Source of the DNA: an uncultured virus (IMG/VR IMGVR_UViG_3300033148_007826)
Lineage: Duplodnaviria; Heunggongvirae; Uroviricota; Caudoviricetes
DNA: 20,000 bases
Virus record (IMG/VR): IMGVR_UViG_3300033148_007826
Reading direction: 5' to 3' (one strand)
Below, one piece after another: positions 15,036-20,000 of the stretch. The notes beneath the pieces are model-generated. The model did not search any database. It was not told the origin of the DNA and worked only from the letters and a program-made list of their open reading frames with translations. The position numbers and the translations under genes are program-made. Position 1 is the first letter of the stretch; each line of letters begins with the position of its first letter.

Positions 15036-15369
15036 CTTCAATCCTCCTGTCATCTTCCCTCGTTGACTGTGCTTCGATTTCTTTATATTCCCATAACTGA
15101 TGACCGTTTACCCAGAACTGGTAAGTGTGGTTTATCTTGATGTTGTGATTGATGCCGACAAGTTGAAACACGGTTCCATCATCTAACTGGATAGTTGTTC
15201 GGTCTTGCCAATGGTAATCCAGCTCCATGTCCATCACCATACCCTCATATGTAGGACACCCACTCATTTCGTCTTCGGCCTCATCAAATATTATGAATAT
15301 TCCAGCGAACCATAGAATACCGCACAATACAATACCTATCAATATAGGGGTTATATCATCCATCTTCAA
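15022..15369 (-). CDS. Membrane-anchored hypothetical protein
   Basis: N-terminal TM; RBS GGAGG. Confidence 0.75.
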   Translation of the reverse strand: MKMDDITPILIGIVLCGILWFAGIFIIFDEAEDEMSGCPTYEGMVMDMELDYHWQDRTTIQLDDGTVFQLVGINHNIKINHTYQFWVNGHQLWEYKEIEAQSTREDDRRIEDEQI

Positions 15370-15653
15370 TCCTCCTTCTTGTTCATACTGGGTTGGTTTC
15401 TGACCATGACTTCGTTAGCGTATCTCATGTAATCTTGAATCTGCGTTGCCCTGCGGGAAATCTCACGTTCTATATATTTTAAGAACTCCTTAGAATCAAA
15501 TGTCGGATTAACACACTCGCAGAATAGGCATTTCCCCCTCTTGGGTGGTTGAGTGGTATCGTGAGTTATCTTCCCCGTCGTGCTATCACAGTGATACTCC
15601 TGATGGTCTTCCATCCCATGCCCACAAATACATAATTCGTGCTTGATTACCAT
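15366..15653 (-). CDS. Cys/His-rich hypothetical protein
   Basis: CICGH...H...C...CLFCEC; abuts the upstream stop. Confidence 0.75.
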   Translation of the reverse strand: MVIKHELCICGHGMEDHQEYHCDSTTGKITHDTTQPPKRGKCLFCECVNPTFDSKEFLKYIEREISRRATQIQDYMRYANEVMVRNQPSMNKKED

Positions 15654-16202
15654 CTATCCACGCTCCTTAATGTCGCCTTTGCTCGCAGACCTCGCTTTAT
15701 CGGACACGCTCCGAAACATTCTGAGTTCAATATCGCCATTCAGATAGAGAGGATGCTTTGGTCGTCCAGTCTTATTGTGTCCAAGGCAATAAACCTCGCC
15801 AAGAATGTTCAACACTTCCATGTCACGCCCGAGCAGTTCACCATCATTTCCCCAGCACACCACGACCTTTTCAACCTGATGAAGTGACGCCTGAATCCAC
15901 CAATCGTTATCTGGCCCTACCGGGTCTTTAACAGTTCGAAGCCGTTCTCGCTTTGTGGAGCGGTAGGCGAATAGATTGAGCATGACCAGGCCGCCGAATC
16001 CCCAGCTTTGTGCGAACGAGATGCAACGCTTGATTGTTGGGTCGTCTACGACTTCATCGGCAGTGCTGGGGTTAAGACCCACAAAAGCCACCAATGGCTT
16101 TTCCGAGTCCCATACTCGCTCCAGGGTGTATCTGTAGAGCTTGTCCTTGCTGAAAGTCGCAGAGGCCGCCTTAGCCCCTCCGAGAAGTGTCTGAGGGTTC
16201 AT
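15654..16202 (-). CDS. DUF1643 family protein
   Basis: YRYTLERVW, FVGLNPSTADE..DDPTIKRC, NLFAYRST, VVCWG and PKHPLY motifs. Confidence 0.9.
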   Translation of the reverse strand: MNPQTLLGGAKAASATFSKDKLYRYTLERVWDSEKPLVAFVGLNPSTADEVVDDPTIKRCISFAQSWGFGGLVMLNLFAYRSTKRERLRTVKDPVGPDNDWWIQASLHQVEKVVVCWGNDGELLGRDMEVLNILGEVYCLGHNKTGRPKHPLYLNGDIELRMFRSVSDKARSASKGDIKERG

Positions 16203-16242
16203 CGTACCTCATAAAACGTTTGGGACTTTAAGTGCTTTTGGT

Positions 16243-17622
16243 TCATTCGAATAATTCTTTCCATGTGACCTTTTTACTGTAGTCCCTTGGTGGTTTGATG
16301 TCTATTATGACTGGAACCGTGTCCGTGACCTTGATTATTTGTTTTCCCTTCTTGGCAAACACGCCTTTGTCTGTTATCATGAATGAGCCTCCTTTTGTCT
16401 TGGCCTTGGTCAGCTCTGGGATGATGTTTGGCTCCATAGTGATTATCCACCGACGACCATCTTTCAGTTTCCAGGCGAACCCGCCATAAACCGAGAAAGA
16501 GTATTTCTCCCCAGAGTAATATGTCTCTTTGAGATTGTCGCTGTATGCATTCTGGATGTCGTTCTCTTGAAATTCACAGAAGCCGATGTCGCCAGGATAT
16601 TTATCAATGAGCTTGAGAACTTTTAGGTCGGTGGTGTTCCTCGCTAACAGGAAGTGGATTTCTGCTACCTTTCCTGCCTTGAATCTCAATGCACGACCTA
16701 TCATTTGGATTAGGTAGTCTTCCGTGAGTGCTGTGGAGATGATGACGACGGCATCAGTATCCACATCATCGAAGCCCATCTTGAGCATATTCACTGATGA
16801 CATTACCTTGATGTTTCCCTTCTTGTAATCATCCATACCCTCGATGTTCTCGTAATGGCACACTCCGCACCCGACCCCCTGGCTTTGGAGCTTTGCCCGA
16901 ACCGTATTCGCCTGCTCTACCCTCCTGCTGATAAGCAATATTTTACGACCTTTGGAAATGAGCGTTTTTATTATTTCCATAGATTTGTCGATTCTGTTCA
17001 CAGCGGAGTAGACTACTCCCCTCCTCTTGTATAAAATGGCTTTCTTGATTTGCTGGAGTTCTTTTTCTGGTATGTCGCCATTGTTCCTGCACAACGATTT
17101 GAGTTGTCCCGTAAGTTCTTCATATTCGTGTCTCTCGACTGAATTTAACGAGATGCCGTGGAAATGAAGCCCGAATGGGCAGACCTTTGCTTCATCGTAG
17201 TCAATTTCGATGAATGGTTCACCACAATACTCGATAGATAGGTTGTTTGGCGTTGCGCTGAGTCCGAGAATCATCTTGTACTTGACCTTCTCGTATAGGG
17301 TCTTGAACACAGGTGATACGGACAGATGGCACTCGTCCACAATTAGGATGTCGGTTTCGTACTCGATGTCCTTTGTTCCAACATCATAGAACGTCCTTAC
17401 ATCCCAGTATGGGATGTCCGAGTCGGGCAGTATTGCTTTCCATTGGTTCTGCAACGTCACAGAATTCGTTAGTATAAGGGCTGATTGGACCCCTTTTGAT
17501 TCGGCAATGCCAATTGCTGATAATGTCTTCCCTGCCCCCGTAACGGCCTTGATGATGCCTTTACCATCATATTTTTCAATGGCATCCAATTGCCATTCGT
17601 AGCCTTCGCCGCCTATTTCCAT
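16243..17622 (-). CDS. Superfamily 2 DExH helicase (UvsW/XPB-like)
   Basis: YEWQ Q-motif, TGAGKT, DECH, LSATP, GFD and QMIGRALR motifs. Confidence 0.92.
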   Translation of the reverse strand: MEIGGEGYEWQLDAIEKYDGKGIIKAVTGAGKTLSAIGIAESKGVQSALILTNSVTLQNQWKAILPDSDIPYWDVRTFYDVGTKDIEYETDILIVDECHLSVSPVFKTLYEKVKYKMILGLSATPNNLSIEYCGEPFIEIDYDEAKVCPFGLHFHGISLNSVERHEYEELTGQLKSLCRNNGDIPEKELQQIKKAILYKRRGVVYSAVNRIDKSMEIIKTLISKGRKILLISRRVEQANTVRAKLQSQGVGCGVCHYENIEGMDDYKKGNIKVMSSVNMLKMGFDDVDTDAVVIISTALTEDYLIQMIGRALRFKAGKVAEIHFLLARNTTDLKVLKLIDKYPGDIGFCEFQENDIQNAYSDNLKETYYSGEKYSFSVYGGFAWKLKDGRRWIITMEPNIIPELTKAKTKGGSFMITDKGVFAKKGKQIIKVTDTVPVIIDIKPPRDYSKKVTWKELFE

Positions 17623-17710
17623 CGTGTCACCGAATAACCATAGGGTTTGGGGCTATAAATAGATTTTTGGTTATAAACATATTTATACTTCCTCGGTAAT
17701 TTTGAGTTGC

Positions 17711-17806
17711 ATGGCAAAAAGGAAGTCAGCCAAAAGGAAGAAGTGCCCACGAGGAAAGAGGAAGGACGGGAAGTGCAAGAGAAAGCCTGGGCCAAAGCGG
17801 AAGTAG
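17711..17806 (+). CDS. Very basic 31-aa peptide (MAKRKSAKRKKCPRGKRKDGKCKRKPGPKRK)
   Basis: Hand-translated; class II-like promoter (TGGTTATAAACATATTTATAC, 17668-17688) about 22 nt upstream; T-tracts downstream. Confidence 0.75.
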   Translation: MAKRKSAKRKKCPRGKRKDGKCKRKPGPKRK

Positions 17807-17829
17807 ATACCATCACGATTCATTCTTGA

Positions 17830-17907
17830 TTTTTCTACTTCCTTTTTTTCATTTTTTTATCATCTATAGTAATTTGAAAAAGAATGAAAATATAAAAAAA
17901 ATAGAAA
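17830..17907. terminator. Bidirectional oligo-T terminator region
   Basis: T-tracts on + (17830-17858) and A-tracts (17877-17907) between convergent genes. Confidence 0.55.
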
Positions 17908-17927
17908 GGAGGGGGTTATCGGGATGT

Positions 17928-18995
17928 TTATTCCTTGTCTTCGTCATCTTCCTCTTCGTCCTCATCATCGTCATCGCCAGAGTCGTCGTCCCCGTCATCA
18001 TCCGGGGCTTCATCTCCTTCTTCGTGTCCGTCCTCGGGGCCATCCTCTTCTTCCTCATCCTCGCCCATCGGGTTCGGACTCTCGCCGTGGACGTATTCCG
18101 TCACGGTGTCCTCCGAGATGTCCTTGGTCGGCGTGATGGACAGTACGAAGGCGTCCCCGGCGTTCACCATGATGGTCGGCATATCGCCGATGGGGTGGAC
18201 GCCGTAGAGCATCAGCTTTCCGTCCTTGGCGACGACACGACCATTCTCGATGTCATCGAGGAGGGGGCCTGCGGGGACTCCTTCCTCGACCTCGATGGCG
18301 ATGATGCTGTTGTTGAGTAGACTGGCGTATTCCTCCATGTAGTCCTTCTGGAACTCGTCCAGGGGCATGGGGAGCTTCGCCTGTATCTCATCGCACTTGG
18401 TCTTCTTCTCGACCTCTGCCTTCAGCTTCTCGGCGTACTTGGTAACGTAGTCGTCCAAGTAGGATTGGCTGATTCCTTGGCCGTTCAGGTGGTAGTTTCC
18501 ACCGCCTGTCCTGCGAGTCACCACGAGGCCGCTTCCCATCGGGTGGCCTATCTGGTGTCCATCGTCCTTGTCGTAGACGGTGAGTGCATCCATGGGGAAC
18601 ATACCCCGGATGAGCTTGGCATTGCGGAGCCCGATGAGAACTATCGCCATCTTGTCCTTGTAGCCGATGACGGTCCCGTACCTTCCATGCTCGGAGGTGG
18701 AATAGCTCTTGTTGAGCGGGGTCACCACGTTCTTCCCGATGCCGGGGAGTCCTCTTGGGTGATGCGGTTCGCCCTTGGGTATCTTGATTCGGACCTCAGT
18801 GCCTCCCCGTAGGAACGTCAGCAGTGAGGCGTTCTGGTTCAGCCCCTTTTCCTTGAGTTCTCCGCCCAGGAGTGAGAGGTTGTCACTCAGCAGAGCCGGG
18901 GAAATCCCTTCTGCCAGCCTCGCCTCGAAACCCTTTCCTTTCTCCACCAGAGCGGATACAAAGCCCACTATTGCCAGATATATGTCAGTGTCCAT
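17928..18995 (-). CDS. Hypothetical protein with long D/E-rich C-terminal tail
   Basis: 355 aa; RBS GGTGA; high GC3; class I-like promoter at 19022-19040. Confidence 0.85.
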   Translation of the reverse strand: MDTDIYLAIVGFVSALVEKGKGFEARLAEGISPALLSDNLSLLGGELKEKGLNQNASLLTFLRGGTEVRIKIPKGEPHHPRGLPGIGKNVVTPLNKSYSTSEHGRYGTVIGYKDKMAIVLIGLRNAKLIRGMFPMDALTVYDKDDGHQIGHPMGSGLVVTRRTGGGNYHLNGQGISQSYLDDYVTKYAEKLKAEVEKKTKCDEIQAKLPMPLDEFQKDYMEEYASLLNNSIIAIEVEEGVPAGPLLDDIENGRVVAKDGKLMLYGVHPIGDMPTIMVNAGDAFVLSITPTKDISEDTVTEYVHGESPNPMGEDEEEEDGPEDGHEEGDEAPDDDGDDDSGDDDDEDEEEDDEDKE

Positions 18996-19070
18996 CGTGT
19001 CACCAAAATTACCTAATAGCTTGGGGGTTTAAGTACATTTTGTTTGTTATCTATTTTGAGGCGAGGGGGA

Positions 19071-19421
19071 ATGGACGAATATGACCCATGCCCTAACGGG
19101 TTTGAACTCGATGAAAGCCTAAATAAATGTGTGAAGAAGGTTCCAGGTGGTGCTTCTGATGGAAATGCGGTCCAATCTTATCAAGGGGAGCCATATCTGG
19201 GTGGAACAAAGAATGGGCATAAACCACAATATCTGAGAATCTCTGTTTCCATCGCATTCTTCTTATTTGGTGTATTCTCAGTTTTAGCAACGAGAACATA
19301 CCCGAATATTCAAAAAGATTTGTTTACGTTCATCACGTTTCTTATTTATTCAGCCATTTCAGTCATAATGATATGTTGGTTGTTTTGGACTTGGATGAGA
19401 TGTAGCAGGCAATCTCGCTAA
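19071..19421 (+). CDS. Two-TM membrane protein with N-terminal CPNG...C motif
   Basis: Likely ATG start at 19071 after GAGGGGG. Confidence 0.65.
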   Translation: MDEYDPCPNGFELDESLNKCVKKVPGGASDGNAVQSYQGEPYLGGTKNGHKPQYLRISVSIAFFLFGVFSVLATRTYPNIQKDLFTFITFLIYSAISVIMICWLFWTWMRCSRQSR

Positions 19422-19528
19422 ACCATCCATTTCTGCATAAGAAGATACAGTATTTCACCTGTAAATACTCCTAAAGCGGTAATAAGCATTATTTTGCCAA
19501 TATATCTCCATGTCATTTCACAAGTCAT
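19418..19528 (-). CDS. Small single-TM peptide, 36 aa
   Basis: Hand-translated MTCEMTWRYIGKIMLITALGVFTGEILYLLMQKWMV; RBS GGAGG. Confidence 0.45.
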   Translation of the reverse strand: MTCEMTWRYIGKIMLITALGVFTGEILYLLMQKWMV

Positions 19529-19713
19529 AAACTATCCTCCATACTGATTGGGGGGTGGGTTGGTCACAACATGGTAGAATCATGTTCCCACCCCCTTGGT
19601 GTTAATAGATTCCTGTGATTGGTGAAATCCGGGCCATGGTCGCCCCAAATGGTCATCCTTATATAGCTGGTCAATTGGCACTTAGTCAATTAGCTACCCC
19701 CGTAGCATTGTAA

Positions 19714-19977
19714 TCACTTCCCCTTATCGTCCTTGACGTAGAGCGGCCTGCTTCCGTTCTCTGACTGAGCCCAGCATGACGGGCAAAGCACTGCTGTTCC
19801 CACGAACATCCGTTGCGCCGTACAATCCTTATTGGGGCAGCTATCCGTGAACTCTTGACACTCTTTTACCTCCCGCTCGAATCTGGATTGTGTTTGTGAC
19901 TCGTATTGTTCCAGTGGATATACATTGTATTCCCACCGCATTTTCCCCCAGTATATCACAATGACCTCATTATCCAC
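19714..19977 (-). CDS. Hypothetical protein with CPxxxC...CPSC motif
   Basis: 87-aa ORF; start uncertain near the window edge. Confidence 0.6.
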   Translation of the reverse strand: MDNEVIVIYWGKMRWEYNVYPLEQYESQTQSRFEREVKECQEFTDSCPNKDCTAQRMFVGTAVLCPSCWAQSENGSRPLYVKDDKGK

Positions 19978-20000
19978 CTGGACGGCGTGGGTGAAAAGGT

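Noticed and set aside
17826..18320. Plus-strand hydrophobic or Ser-rich ORFs opposite 17928-18995
   Set aside because: Antisense artefacts of the D/E-rich low-complexity tail
19530..19710. Possible short minus-strand ORFs (e.g. MPIDQLYKDDHLGRPWPG...)
   Set aside because: Several competing short frames and none clearly supported
1..20000. CRISPR array or Borg-like tandem repeats
   Set aside because: The repeated motifs are dispersed, gene-proximal promoter elements; no regularly spaced repeat-spacer or tandem units were seen
1..20000. Stop-codon reassignment (in-frame TAG/TGA near the two broken genes)
   Set aside because: Long recognisable genes are intact in the standard code and end in all three stop codons; no suppressor tRNA is present; both breaks need a frame change rather than readthrough

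Overview
This 20 kb window looks like the accessory, tRNA-rich region of a large archaeal virus or other extrachromosomal element. The archaeal assignment rests on TATA-box promoters, GGTGA/GGAGG ribosome-binding sites, a C1-G72 short-variable-arm tRNA-Tyr and bulge-helix-bulge (BHB) introns. No capsid, terminase or integrase gene is visible, so the viral call is an inference. Most genes are on the minus strand. The left 8 kb holds eight apparently intact tRNA genes: Arg-TCG, Tyr-GTA, Phe-GAA, Lys-TTT, Leu-TAG, CAT (probably Ile2), His-GTG, and a Leu-TAA split by two BHB introns (155 nt at 30/31, 35 nt at 37/38) around a 7-nt anticodon micro-exon. It also holds a mosaic CAT pseudo-tRNA, a D-armless tRNA-like element, a free-standing LAGLIDADG endonuclease, an RNA ligase-HNH-Tpt1/ART-like cluster, and an unrecognised ~300-nt structured RNA upstream of the intron-containing tRNA. 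The rest encodes a dCMP deaminase, DUF3307 plus bacterial-type CoaD, an apparently frameshifted acidic surface lipoprotein, DUF1643, an SF2 helicase, a protamine-like peptide and many small hypothetical proteins. Two distinct repeated promoter motifs recur across the window. All structures and family calls were made by eye, without database searches.
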